From Bdellovibrionales bacterium (GTDB taxonomy: Bacteria; Bdellovibrionota; UBA1018; CAIMNF01): a DNA stretch of 64,000 bases. Shown here one piece after another: positions 9,883 to 19,629 of this stretch. The notes under the pieces were generated by a model. The model was not told where the DNA came from. It did not search any database and saw only the letters and a list, made by a program, of their open reading frames with translations. The DNA lies in contig JBEIJY010000005.1 of NCBI GenBank assembly GCA_040380025.1, positions 39,397 through 103,396 on the forward strand. The letters are read 5' to 3'. Each line of letters starts with the position of its first letter. The first letter of the stretch is position 1. The position numbers and the translations under genes are program-made.

Positions 9883-10671
9883 ATGAGACAATCTGGATGG
9901 ATTCTGAGTGTTGTACTTGGGCTTGGTTTTGGGGTTTCTTCGATGGCGGGGGTCCTCGCGACCGTGAACGGGAAGCCCGTCACCGATGAGGACCTCGATG
10001 CGGTGATCGCTCGATTTCCCGAGGTCCAGAAGCAAAACACAAGACGCGATCCCGAGATCCGCAAAAAAGTGGTCTCCGATCTCATCGATGCCGAGCTGAT
10101 GATCCAGGAGGCTGCGAAGCTGAAGCTCGACACCAGCAAACAGTTCAAAGACCAGATGAACCTGATGCGCAAGCAGGCCCTTGTGAACCTGCTGGTCGAG
10201 AAGACCCTGGCTCCGAAGGTCACCCCCGAGGCGATCAAGACCTTTTATGACCGGAACAAAATGCGGTATTCCACCGATCAGGTCCATGCCCAGCACATTC
10301 TGCTCCCGACCGCCAAAGAAGCCGAGGCCGTGCTCGCCGAGGTGAAGAAGCCGGGCGTGGATTTTCAGAAGGTGGCCGAACAGCGCTCGAAGGATCCCTC
10401 AGCCAAGAACACCCGGGGAGATCTGGGCTTCTTCGGCAGGGGCATGTTCGATGAGTCCTTCACCGATGCCGCATTCGGTGCGCGGTCCGGCGAGATCGTC
10501 GGTCCCGTCCGGACTCCTTACGGATTCCACGTGATCAAAGTGATCGATCGCAAGATCGGGAAGATTCCCGATCTTGCCGAGGTCGAGGCGAATGTCCGGG
10601 CGGATTTCCAGCGCGATCTTCTGAGAAAACTCGTGCTCGACCTCCGAAAGAAGTCCAGCATCAAGGATTGA
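9883..10671 (+). CDS. Periplasmic PpiC/parvulin-type peptidyl-prolyl isomerase (PrsA/SurA-like)
   Basis: Signal peptide, LATVNGKPVT, VHAQHILL, SKDPSAKNTRGDLGFF, PVRTPYGFHVIKV. Confidence 0.92.
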   Translation: MRQSGWILSVVLGLGFGVSSMAGVLATVNGKPVTDEDLDAVIARFPEVQKQNTRRDPEIRKKVVSDLIDAELMIQEAAKLKLDTSKQFKDQMNLMRKQALVNLLVEKTLAPKVTPEAIKTFYDRNKMRYSTDQVHAQHILLPTAKEAEAVLAEVKKPGVDFQKVAEQRSKDPSAKNTRGDLGFFGRGMFDESFTDAAFGARSGEIVGPVRTPYGFHVIKVIDRKIGKIPDLAEVEANVRADFQRDLLRKLVLDLRKKSSIKD

Positions 10672-10709
10672 GCGCCGGGATTCAGACCGGTGCCATCGTG
10701 AGTGCTTCC

Positions 10710-11564
10710 ATGAATCTCAAAAAAGCATCTTTCTGTTTTGCGGGCTTTCTTTTGCTGACCCTTGCGGCCGAATCGGCCCGCTTTCTCTCTTCGGACCAAG
10801 AGTGGCTCATCGGCCTGGTGTTCGGGGCCGGGGTTCTGCTCGGCGAGGTGCTTTTGCATTCGGGAGGACCGGCCGGGATCATGGGTCGGATTTCGGGGCT
10901 TCTTCTTGCGATCGCCGCTTTTTTTTCGGTCGGCCAGGTCGAATCGCTTCTCCGCGCGGTCAGTGCCCGCGAACCCGTTCCGATGAGCGCTTTCTCGTCG
11001 CTCCCCGGCCATTGCGGGATTTCGGCCGGTCGGGCGATCATCGGTCTTTATGACACCTTCGTTGCGACTCCCGACGAGGCGAGGCTCCGCGAATATCAGA
11101 TCCACTCCGCCTGTCGTCTTCGGGCCTTGAGCGGGCTTGAGCGCTCCGGGGGGCCGGCGTGCGACCCGGGCGACCGTCCTCTTGTGTGCCGGGTTCGGTG
11201 GATGGAGGCGGTTTCGGCCGAAGGAAACTGGGATCTCGACACCCGCCGCTTTTTTTTCGAGACCGCCCTGAGACTCTGGAATGAGGCCCGCGATGATGAG
11301 GGGCTTGTGGCGTATGCGATGAAAGATCAGGAGATCCAGAATGTCGCGCTGAACGAGTCGGTGCAAGCACACGGAACTTCCGGTGCCGGCGTGGTGGAGC
11401 TACAAAAAAACAGCCGGATTCACAACGAACTGTCGCGCAAAATCTTCGAGGCCGTGTCGAGCGCGATCGCAAAAGAGGGCCTTCCGCCGGGTGGCGGGGG
11501 CGAGGCATTCCGGGCGCGGTTTCGCGAGCGGCAGGAGGAGTTCCGGAAGCGATCCTCGCGCTAG
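10710..11564 (+). CDS. Hypothetical membrane protein (3 N-terminal TM segments, Cys-containing extracytoplasmic domain)
   Basis: Three hydrophobic stretches, then a soluble domain with 4 Cys; fills the gap between two genes; start uncertain. Confidence 0.6.
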   Translation: MNLKKASFCFAGFLLLTLAAESARFLSSDQEWLIGLVFGAGVLLGEVLLHSGGPAGIMGRISGLLLAIAAFFSVGQVESLLRAVSAREPVPMSAFSSLPGHCGISAGRAIIGLYDTFVATPDEARLREYQIHSACRLRALSGLERSGGPACDPGDRPLVCRVRWMEAVSAEGNWDLDTRRFFFETALRLWNEARDDEGLVAYAMKDQEIQNVALNESVQAHGTSGAGVVELQKNSRIHNELSRKIFEAVSSAIAKEGLPPGGGGEAFRARFRERQEEFRKRSSR

Positions 11565-11575
11565 CAATCCTCGCG

Positions 11576-12994
11576 TCAGCTGTAATCCTTTGCCGAGATC
11601 CCGTATTTTTCGAGCTTTCTCAGGAGCGTTTTTTTCGGGATGTTCGCATGGATCGCCGTCTGGTTGATCTTCCCGCGGAAGGTCTTCAGCGCATTGATCA
11701 AAAACTGCTTCTCGAACTCCTCTTTGCTCGCCTGAAAATCAAACGTGCTCAGGTTCACCTGGAAGTCATCCGATCCCCACGGGGCAAGCGGGCCCTCGGG
11801 CGCCGCGCTCTCGGGCGCCGCGCTCTCGGGCGCACGGACTTTTTCGGGCAGGGAGGCGAGGGTGATCCGCTCGCCCGTTTCGAGCACGAAAGCGTGTTCG
11901 AGCACGTTCTCGAGCTCGCGGATGTTTCCGGGCCACTTGTGGAGCTTCAGGGCTTCGAGGGTGTCTTCGGTCAGGCCGACGATCGCCTTCTTGTGCCGCG
12001 AATTGAACTTGTCGATGAAGTAGCGCGCCAGGGTCTCGATGTCGTTCCGTCGCTCGCGCAGGGGCGGAAGCTGGATCGGAAGCACATTCAGGCGATAAAA
12101 CAAGTCCTCGCGGAACGAGCCATCGCGGATCATCGCCTCGAGCTTCCGGTTCGTGGCGGCGACAATCCGCACGTTCATCTCGATCTCGCGGTTCGATCCG
12201 ACGGGGGTGAATTTCTTTTCTTGCAGGACGCGCAGGAGCTTCACCTGCATCGAAGGCGGAATCTCGCCGATCTCGTCCAGAAAAAGCGTGCCGCCCTCGG
12301 CGTACTGGAATTTCCCGATCTTCCGCGAGTCCGCACCGGTGAAGGCGCCCTTCTCGTGCCCGAAGAACTCGCTTTCCATCAGGGTCTCGGGAATGGCCGA
12401 GCAGTTCACGGCCACGAAGCGGTTGTCTTTGCGGGGGCCGTTGTAATGCAGGGCCTGCGCGACCAGCTCCTTGCCGGTCCCGCTTTCGCCGCGAATCAAA
12501 ACAGGAGTGTCGACGCGCGCAAGGCGGTCGATCACGCCGAAGATCTTTCGCATCTCATTGCTCTGGCCGACGAAGCCGTTTCCGCCCGGAAGGTCGAACA
12601 CGGGCGCCGAGTACGAAAGGGTCTTCACCATGTTCCGGCTCCGGAAGGCCTGATCGATCATGTAGACCAGGTTGTCCGAGCGAACCGGCTTTTCGAGATA
12701 ATTGTACGCACCCTGACGGGTGGCCTCGACCGCATCGCGGATGTTCGAATAAGCGGTCAGGATGATCACCATCACCGACGGGTCATGAGCCTTGATCTCG
12801 CGGAGCGCCTCGATGCCGCTCATCTTCGGCATGTTCACATCCATCAAGAGCAGATCATACTGGCCGGCCTTCACGCGGTTCACGGCCTCTTCGCCATTCG
12901 CGGCCTGATCGACCTGGTACTGCCCCTCGGCGAGCGCCGAGGCGACGGTCATCCGGAGTTCGGCATCATCATCGACAACGAGAATCTTACGCAT
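11576..12994 (-). CDS. NtrC-family sigma54-dependent response regulator
   Basis: Receiver (ILVVDDD...LMDVNMP), Walker A GESGTGKE, GAFTGA, LFLDEIGE, WPGNIRELEN, C-terminal HTH. Confidence 0.96.
   Translation of the reverse strand: MRKILVVDDDAELRMTVASALAEGQYQVDQAANGEEAVNRVKAGQYDLLLMDVNMPKMSGIEALREIKAHDPSVMVIILTAYSNIRDAVEATRQGAYNYLEKPVRSDNLVYMIDQAFRSRNMVKTLSYSAPVFDLPGGNGFVGQSNEMRKIFGVIDRLARVDTPVLIRGESGTGKELVAQALHYNGPRKDNRFVAVNCSAIPETLMESEFFGHEKGAFTGADSRKIGKFQYAEGGTLFLDEIGEIPPSMQVKLLRVLQEKKFTPVGSNREIEMNVRIVAATNRKLEAMIRDGSFREDLFYRLNVLPIQLPPLRERRNDIETLARYFIDKFNSRHKKAIVGLTEDTLEALKLHKWPGNIRELENVLEHAFVLETGERITLASLPEKVRAPESAAPESAAPEGPLAPWGSDDFQVNLSTFDFQASKEEFEKQFLINALKTFRGKINQTAIHANIPKKTLLRKLEKYGISAKDYS
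11795..11833. repeat. 15-bp in-frame tandem repeat (APESA) in the AAA+/HTH linker
   Basis: CTCGGGCGCCGCGCT about 2.6 copies. Confidence 0.85.
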
Positions 12995-14960
12995 GAGAAG
13001 TCTCCTTTGCGTTTGCGGACGGTTCAGAAAGATCCGAGGGCAGGGTGATCACAAAGCAGGTGCCGCGGCCCGGGGCACTGCGGACCTCGATCGAACCCTT
13101 GTGTGCCTCGATGAAGTAGCGCGAGAGGTAGAGGCCGAGCCCCGTGCCCTTCACGCGAAGGGTGGTGTCGTTCTTGACGCGGTAAAAACGGCCGAAGACA
13201 TTCGGAATCTCATTCTCGGGGATCCCGATGCCCTCGTCCGCGATCGCGATCTTCACGAGGCTTCCCTCATCGCGGCACGAGATCCGCACGGTGGTTCCAT
13301 CGGGAGAATACTTGATCGCGTTGTCGATCAGGTTGCTCAGGACTTTCGCGATCAGATCGACATCGATCCGGATCGGGAACATCGGCTCAAGATCGGTCTC
13401 GATCCGGATTTCTTTGGATTGCGCCGAAAAACGGTGCTCTTCGGCCATCTGCTCGAGCAGGGAGTTGATGTCCTTCGTTCGCAGCTGGACACGCACGCCC
13501 TGATGGTCGAGTCGGGTGAGTTCGAGCAACGACCCGATGAAGCGGTTCAGCTCCTGGTTCGCGCCCAGCAGGTGCTCGATCAGCTCGCGATCCTTCGGCA
13601 AGAGGCGATCGGCGAGTGACCGGCGCAGTTGCTCGGTGAGCCCCTGGATCTTCGCGACCGGGGTCTTCAGGTCGTGGGTCACGAGCTGCATGAAGTTGCT
13701 CTTCATCTCCTCGACCTCGATCAGCATCCGGTTCTCGCGCTCGAGCGCGAAGCGCTTCCGGTGTTCCGAGAACAAACGAAGCGGAATCATGAGGTAAAAG
13801 CTCAGAACGAGCGAGAGGAACGGCGCACTGAGCGGAAGCCAGATGCCCCCGATGAGGGGAATCGGCTGGAAGAGAACGAGCGAGGCCAGGGTGGTCGTCG
13901 CGAGCAGAAAAACCGTGAGCGAGATCAAACGGGTGGGGCGGACCCGGAAGAGCGCAAGGATCGTCGCAAACGAGAGCAAAAAACAGATCACGGCAAGCAT
14001 AGCCTGCGGAACCTCGGCGATTCCCTGTTGGTTCAGGATCGAGTCCAGAACGTTCGCCTGTACGAGCAGGGACGGAACCGGGCCGAAGCGCGAAAGCGAG
14101 CTGATCAGAGTAAAGTCGGCCGGATTGTCGCGCAGGAAGGTTCCGACGAGCACGATCTTGTCTTTCAGGGTTCCTTCGGGAATGCGGCCTTCGACCAGAT
14201 CGGCGAACGAATAGCGGGGGTACGAAAACGTCTCGTAGGCGGGGTCATAAAGGACCCCGTCGTTCTGGTGGAGCGGAAAAAGAAAGTACTGCGAATCGTT
14301 TTCTTTGGTGCGGTAGGAGCCCGGCGGAAGAGCGATCGTCTCGTTTGCAAAAATGCGATTCACGAGCGCAAGCTCGAGGGCGGGCTTGTCGTAAATCGAA
14401 AGCACCGCACGTCGGGAGACCTTGTCCTTGCCGAACTGCGAGGCATCGCGATGCACGAACGACACGCTCTGGGGGATTTGCGAGAGGGGGGCGGGCGCGG
14501 GAACTTCGCCGCTCCCGTCGTGGGGGATTCCGAGAACAAAAGGCGTGCCCCGCGCATTCAACTTCACGGTGGAACGGTAAAACTCCTGAAGCATCTCGGA
14601 CTGGAACCCCGCCGGATCCAGACGCGCCACCCGCGAAAAATCGATGAGGTATCCCACTCCCTTCACTTCGTGTCGGGCGAGCTCCTCGGTGGCCTTCAGG
14701 TGGTGGTGCAGGGGCAGGGGGCTCAGCTCGTTCAGCTGGCTCAGGGTCTGGTCATCAATCGTGATGATGGCAATTCGAGAATCGATCGCGGGCTTCAGGC
14801 TCAGCCATTGTCGCAAGTCGTAGAGCGGCGCCTCGAGGATTCCGAGCGGAATCGCAAGGACCGAGATCGAGATCACCACCGCGAGCAAGAGGTGCAAGAG
14901 CGTTTCTTGCACTGCCGTTGGTCGGATTTTCGATGAAAAGGACTGAAGTATTCGCCTCAT
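12987..14960 (-). CDS. CHASE2-domain sensor histidine kinase
   Basis: N-terminal TM, LYDLR...IAIITIDDQT and LKDKIVLVG CHASE2 motifs, three TMs, THDLKTP H-box, NLIDNAIKYS, GTGLGL; overlaps the regulator gene. Confidence 0.92.
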   Translation of the reverse strand: MRRILQSFSSKIRPTAVQETLLHLLLAVVISISVLAIPLGILEAPLYDLRQWLSLKPAIDSRIAIITIDDQTLSQLNELSPLPLHHHLKATEELARHEVKGVGYLIDFSRVARLDPAGFQSEMLQEFYRSTVKLNARGTPFVLGIPHDGSGEVPAPAPLSQIPQSVSFVHRDASQFGKDKVSRRAVLSIYDKPALELALVNRIFANETIALPPGSYRTKENDSQYFLFPLHQNDGVLYDPAYETFSYPRYSFADLVEGRIPEGTLKDKIVLVGTFLRDNPADFTLISSLSRFGPVPSLLVQANVLDSILNQQGIAEVPQAMLAVICFLLSFATILALFRVRPTRLISLTVFLLATTTLASLVLFQPIPLIGGIWLPLSAPFLSLVLSFYLMIPLRLFSEHRKRFALERENRMLIEVEEMKSNFMQLVTHDLKTPVAKIQGLTEQLRRSLADRLLPKDRELIEHLLGANQELNRFIGSLLELTRLDHQGVRVQLRTKDINSLLEQMAEEHRFSAQSKEIRIETDLEPMFPIRIDVDLIAKVLSNLIDNAIKYSPDGTTVRISCRDEGSLVKIAIADEGIGIPENEIPNVFGRFYRVKNDTTLRVKGTGLGLYLSRYFIEAHKGSIEVRSAPGRGTCFVITLPSDLSEPSANAKETSHA

Positions 14961-15037
14961 TCAAACCCAAGCCTTAACGCATGGTATCATTTTGGCACCA
15001 AAAAGCAAGTGAAGAGGTACGAAGTGAGGTCATTCAG

Positions 15038-15068
15038 GACACATTGTTTTTCGTTGAACCGGTTGAGA
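15038..15068 (+). promoter_or_regulatory. Shared bipartite upstream motif, copy 1 (candidate ECF-sigma promoter)
   Basis: GACACATTGTTTTT-N7-CCGGTTGAGA, ending 24 nt before ATG 15093; recurs at 16390-16420. Confidence 0.6.
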
Positions 15069-15092
15069 CAATGAAAAAAACGGAGAACTCAA

Positions 15093-16358
15093 ATGAATTG
15101 GTTCAGGCACATTTCCCTGCTCTCTCTTGCGGTCATCGGTTTCGGTCCGGGTGCGGCCATCGCGACCGAGCAAAAGATCATCCAACTTCTCGATCGCGCG
15201 AACAAAAAAGTGAATCAGGGAGCGGCGGCCGCGTGCGCGCCCGTCGAGAATCGAGTATCCGCCCGAACTTTGAATGATGGAAACCAGGCTCTTTGTGAAG
15301 GTCTGGAAGAATCAGAGAAGTTCAAATACGCGGACCAATTCGACTTGAACATCGAGTGCCCGAGGGTAGGCAATGTTTCATTGTCTTTGAGCGGACATTG
15401 GCCCAAGGACGGCGCCGGAAAACTGTTCACTGGGACCAGCAACCCGAGTGCTGCGTGGAGTGATTTCGCCAAAAGCGACCAGTACAAAAGTTGGAAGGAG
15501 CAAGACGCGGATCTAAATAAACGTCTGCTCTGGGTCGGAAAAGCGCAGGAACAATGGCTCTCTTCGATGAGTGTGAACTTGAGTTTAAAAAAATTGTTCG
15601 AACCATTTCCGGCTACCGGCCCAAAAACAGCCAAGGTCGCCCCAGCGGACGCGCAGAACTTGGTGAATTGGCACAATGAGCACGCTTCCGACCGAGGCTT
15701 GGGTCAAATGAAACTTGTTTCTTGTTCCAGTGATCACTACGTGGTCACAGTCACTCCCAAGTGTACGATGAATTTTAGTGATGAGGCCGACCGAAATCGC
15801 TACATCGCCTTGATGAAAGCGATGTACGAGTATCAAGAGTCCGTAGTACCGGGGGTACAGCGTCTGCCCGTAGCGGCAGATCCCGCGCCGGTGACTCCCG
15901 CTCCTACGAATCCTCCTGAGACTTCTCCTGGCCAACCCGCAAAACCCGAGGAGTCGCGATGGGTACCAGATCAAAGACTCACGGTGCTTTTGACAGGGCC
16001 TAAGGTTCCACTAGAAAGGAACGTCCTTGAGATGTTTCACGACCGGGCGAGTCGTGAACCAACCGACATGACTACCCTCGAGCTCAGCGATTATAGCAAG
16101 GTCAAAGTGATCTCTTTGAACTCGGCAGCGAACGGTTTGCAGAAAGTCATGACGCATTCGAAAATAGAGGAGAATCAGATTCTTTCTTATTTCACGGTTG
16201 AGGTCAAAGGTGTGGAAGGGACAGAAAAACTTTTAGACTGGGCAAAAAATTTAATTCAGGTACCCCAAGGTGTTGAAGTAAAGCTCGTTCCTTATTCAGG
16301 GGGTGAAAATCAAAACAGAAAAAACTTTGTCGCCGTGGTTTTTAAGAAAAATTCGTGA
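15093..16358 (+). CDS. Secreted hypothetical protein, paralog 1 (Cys-patterned domain, Pro-rich linker, extra C-terminal domain)
   Basis: Signal peptide, GGAG RBS, AT-richer codons; shares CEG..E.EK..YA.QF....C and CTMNF with the next ORF. Confidence 0.8.
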   Translation: MNWFRHISLLSLAVIGFGPGAAIATEQKIIQLLDRANKKVNQGAAAACAPVENRVSARTLNDGNQALCEGLEESEKFKYADQFDLNIECPRVGNVSLSLSGHWPKDGAGKLFTGTSNPSAAWSDFAKSDQYKSWKEQDADLNKRLLWVGKAQEQWLSSMSVNLSLKKLFEPFPATGPKTAKVAPADAQNLVNWHNEHASDRGLGQMKLVSCSSDHYVVTVTPKCTMNFSDEADRNRYIALMKAMYEYQESVVPGVQRLPVAADPAPVTPAPTNPPETSPGQPAKPEESRWVPDQRLTVLLTGPKVPLERNVLEMFHDRASREPTDMTTLELSDYSKVKVISLNSAANGLQKVMTHSKIEENQILSYFTVEVKGVEGTEKLLDWAKNLIQVPQGVEVKLVPYSGGENQNRKNFVAVVFKKNS

Positions 16359-16389
16359 GCAGGGGAGGATCTCAGGTCAGGTTTTTTTT

Positions 16390-16420
16390 GACACATTGTT
16401 TTTTATTCGTCCGGTTGAGA
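16390..16420 (+). promoter_or_regulatory. Shared bipartite upstream motif, copy 2
   Basis: GACACATTGTTTTT-N7-CCGGTTGAGA, ending 25 nt before ATG 16446. Confidence 0.6.
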
Positions 16421-16445
16421 TCATCTATTTAAAAGGAGGATTGAA

Positions 16446-17189
16446 ATGAGACGTTTCAAACAAAGGTTTACTTCGTCAGTTAATGTGTGGATCCTATTGG
16501 GGTTGTTGCCAATCAGCGCAATCCAAGCCGAGGAGAATCCGAAGGAAGTACTGCATACTCTTCAAAAGGTGCAAAAAGTTGCAACGAAGGGGGCCCAGCA
16601 GTGCGAGCAGGGCGCGAAACTGAATGGGTACACTCCTTGTGAGGGATTCACCGAGGGAGAAAAACTCATGTATGCGAGCCAATTCAATGTGAAGTTTCAC
16701 TGCAAGGACGGTTATACGAAGCAATTGGCATTCGAGCTGAAGAGATCGTGTCCCAGGGACACCGAGCACCATAGTTTTAATAGGACAGTTTCGTATTTCA
16801 AGGAATACCATCCCGGTGCAGATAAGTTGCCGATTTATCCGACCCAGTTACAGTGGTGGTATGAACAGCGGATGAACAAGGACGTGAAAGAGTTGATTCA
16901 ATTTCCTCCAAGTGGTCATTACCACAATCAAGCGATTTCTGATGAAAACGCAAAAAAGCTGATCGAATTGTATGAGGGGAGTCCTAAGCTCGGGCCGTTG
17001 CCCAATTGTGGCAAGGACGGTTTGTATGTGACCATTAAGGCATCATGCACGATGAATTTTGAAAAGGAAAACACAGCTTTGTACCGCGATTTGCTGAAGG
17101 AAATCCATCAGGCCGCACCCTCGATGAGTCAACTGAAAGAACAAGAGAGAATGCAGAATGAACTGATCGAGACAGACGAAAAAGATTGA
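16446..17189 (+). CDS. Secreted hypothetical protein, paralog 2
   Basis: AAGGAGG RBS, signal peptide, motifs shared with 15093..16358. Confidence 0.8.
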   Translation: MRRFKQRFTSSVNVWILLGLLPISAIQAEENPKEVLHTLQKVQKVATKGAQQCEQGAKLNGYTPCEGFTEGEKLMYASQFNVKFHCKDGYTKQLAFELKRSCPRDTEHHSFNRTVSYFKEYHPGADKLPIYPTQLQWWYEQRMNKDVKELIQFPPSGHYHNQAISDENAKKLIELYEGSPKLGPLPNCGKDGLYVTIKASCTMNFEKENTALYRDLLKEIHQAAPSMSQLKEQERMQNELIETDEKD

Positions 17190-17202
17190 AGCGGTTCTGA
17201 TC

Positions 17203-19566
17203 TCAATCCCTCGCCCCCGAATAGCCGGGCAAGCAGGTGGTTTTCGATGGCTCCCGTCCTTGAATCACCTTCTCGAGTACGACCTGCGCTTCGGGGCAGG
17301 AGGCTTCGGCCTTCTGTCCCGATCGCACATCAAGGCGCATCTCGACCAGGTGTTCGCTCTCGGGGAAGGGAATGGCCGGCTCGAACTCAAGCGAGCGCTT
17401 CATGAAGTCCACCCAGACCGGGAGTGCCGCAGTCGCGCCAGTGAGCCTGACTTTGCTCGAGGCCTTGGACGGCGCCTTCGATTGTTCGGGCTTTGCCGCC
17501 TTCATCGCCTCACCGATCACGCCCTGATCAAGACCCACCCACACCAAGGCCGTAAGCTGGGGCGTGTAGCCCGCAAACCACGCGTCCCGGTAGTCGTTCG
17601 TGGTTCCGGTTTTTCCGGCCGCGGGGCGGTCAAACCCGAGCGCGCTCGCAGACGCCGCCGTTCCGTCGGTCAGGACTCCTTGCAAGAGCTCGGTCATCAT
17701 GTCGGCAATTCCTGGGTCGATCCGCGGCTTCGGGCGGTACTCGTTCCGAAAAAAATCCGATCCGTCGGCGTTCAAAATCGCCTTGATCACAAAGGGCGTG
17801 TCCGACTCACCATGATTCGCAAGGGTCATGTAGGCGCGAAGGAGCTCGATCGGGCTCAGCTCGACACTCCCGAGCGAGACCGAGGGAACCTCCGGTACCG
17901 TCGACTCGATTCCGAGGAGCTTCGCCGTCTCGACAATCGAATCGAGTCCCACCCGCTTCGCGACCCGGGCCGCTGTGATGTTGATCGATCGGGCAAGCGA
18001 GGTTTTGAGCGGAATCCACCCGAGCTTCTCGCGGTCGTAGTTCGAGGGCATCCAGGCGGGTTGCTTCGAATCGTACTTCCACTTCCACGGTTCATCGAGC
18101 AGGGGATACGCCGGCGTGAATACATCGCCCTCGTCGTCGCGGATTTTCCGGAATGCGGTCGCATACACCACGGGCTTGAAGGTCGATCCCGCCTGTCGCT
18201 TCATGTTCAGCACGCGGTTGAAGTTGCTTTCGGCATAGCTTCTTCCGCCGATCAGGCTTCGAATCTCTCCGCTCGACTGATCGACCGCCGCGAGCGCCCC
18301 CTGAAGCCGAACGGAGCCCTCGATTCCGAGTTTCGCTTCGATCGCCGAGAGCCCCTTCTGGAGCGCCTCCTGCGCGATCTGATTCATGCGAATGTCGAGC
18401 GTGGTGTAAATCTGGAAGCCAAGTTCCGGGAGCTCGGCTTCTTCGAAGCGTCCCGCGACGAGGCGCCCGAGTTCGGCCTTCACGAAGTCGACAAAATACG
18501 GGGCGCGGTTCACGGCCTGAGGCGCCTGGGCCAGCCGGATCGGGTTCAGGAGCGCCGCCTGATAATCGGCCTCGGCGATTTTTCCGGTCTCGAGCATGCG
18601 TTGCAAAACATAGCGCTGGCGGATCTTTGCGCGATCAAAGTGCTTGTAAGGCGAGTAAAACGCAGGACCCTTGATGAGCCCGACCAGAAGCGCCACCTCG
18701 CCCGTGTTCAGGTCGCTCACGCCCTTGCCGAAAAAATACTTCGCCCCCTCCGAGAACCCCCGAACCTCATAGGCGCCGATCTGGCCCAAGAACACCTCGT
18801 TCAGGTAGCGCTCGAAGATCTGCGCCTTCGAGTACCGAAGCTCCAACAAAGGCGCCAAAAACAGCTCCGAGACTTTCATCAGGAGGTTCCGGTTCCGCCG
18901 CTCCATGAGGTTTTTTACGAGTTGCTGGGTGATCGTGCTCCCGCCCTGCGAGAACGAGAAGGTCTTGAGGTTCACAAACAGCGCACGGGCGAAACCGCGC
19001 GGATCGATTCCGAAGTGCTCGTAAAACCGGTTGTCCTCGGCCGCGAGCACCGCATCGGGGATCGTCTTCGGAAACTCCTCGAAGCGGAGTACCTCGCGGA
19101 TCTGCGACTTGTCCGAGCTCAAGGTCGCGACGAACTCAGGCTCGAGGTACAGGTCGTTCACCTCGCCCGAGGGCGTGCCAATCCCGAGTAGGGGCGAGTC
19201 GGCCGAGGTTCCGTCGAACCGGAGCGTGATCGCCTGATCCTTCAGGGTCAGGGTCGGATGATTCTCGGGGAGGAGGTAATCGGGATACTTCGGGGAGTGG
19301 AGGGTGAACGAAATGTCAGAACCCGCGTTCTCGATCGAGTACCCGAGCGCTCGGAGCTTCTCGAGGATGGTCCCGCGGGCGAGCGGGGGGGCGATCCGGT
19401 ACACATTCGAGTAGATGCGCGTGGGGATGAACTCGGCCGGAGACTCAAAGGCCAGATCGACCTGCCGGTAGAGGTAATAAAAGAAACCCCCCAGCAGGAG
19501 TGCGCCCGCGCCCGATAAAACGAGAAGCCCCTTCAAGATCCCGGCTTTGGAATGGTTTGATCGCAT
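17203..19566 (-). CDS. mrcB: Class A penicillin-binding protein (PBP1B-like transglycosylase/transpeptidase)
   Basis: EDNRFYEHFGID, GGSTITQQLVKN, GSTFKP, SIN, KTGTT; N-terminal TM and UB2H-like segment; start placed at MRSNHSK. Confidence 0.88.
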   Translation of the reverse strand: MRSNHSKAGILKGLLVLSGAGALLLGGFFYYLYRQVDLAFESPAEFIPTRIYSNVYRIAPPLARGTILEKLRALGYSIENAGSDISFTLHSPKYPDYLLPENHPTLTLKDQAITLRFDGTSADSPLLGIGTPSGEVNDLYLEPEFVATLSSDKSQIREVLRFEEFPKTIPDAVLAAEDNRFYEHFGIDPRGFARALFVNLKTFSFSQGGSTITQQLVKNLMERRNRNLLMKVSELFLAPLLELRYSKAQIFERYLNEVFLGQIGAYEVRGFSEGAKYFFGKGVSDLNTGEVALLVGLIKGPAFYSPYKHFDRAKIRQRYVLQRMLETGKIAEADYQAALLNPIRLAQAPQAVNRAPYFVDFVKAELGRLVAGRFEEAELPELGFQIYTTLDIRMNQIAQEALQKGLSAIEAKLGIEGSVRLQGALAAVDQSSGEIRSLIGGRSYAESNFNRVLNMKRQAGSTFKPVVYATAFRKIRDDEGDVFTPAYPLLDEPWKWKYDSKQPAWMPSNYDREKLGWIPLKTSLARSINITAARVAKRVGLDSIVETAKLLGIESTVPEVPSVSLGSVELSPIELLRAYMTLANHGESDTPFVIKAILNADGSDFFRNEYRPKPRIDPGIADMMTELLQGVLTDGTAASASALGFDRPAAGKTGTTNDYRDAWFAGYTPQLTALVWVGLDQGVIGEAMKAAKPEQSKAPSKASSKVRLTGATAALPVWVDFMKRSLEFEPAIPFPESEHLVEMRLDVRSGQKAEASCPEAQVVLEKVIQGREPSKTTCLPGYSGARD

Positions 19567-19629
19567 AGTTTGCCCTTGACTCGATCCTTGAGCGCCTCGT
19601 ATTTTCATTTTTTCAAGGAGAACGCGCCC

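Noticed and set aside
11552..11578. Short direct repeat ATCCTCGCG at a convergent gene junction
   Set aside because: Only 9 bp in two copies with nothing inserted between them; no support for a function.
14992..15006. TTGGCACCAAAAAGC as a sigma54 promoter for the paralog pair
   Set aside because: GG-to-GC spacing is 9 nt, not the required 10.
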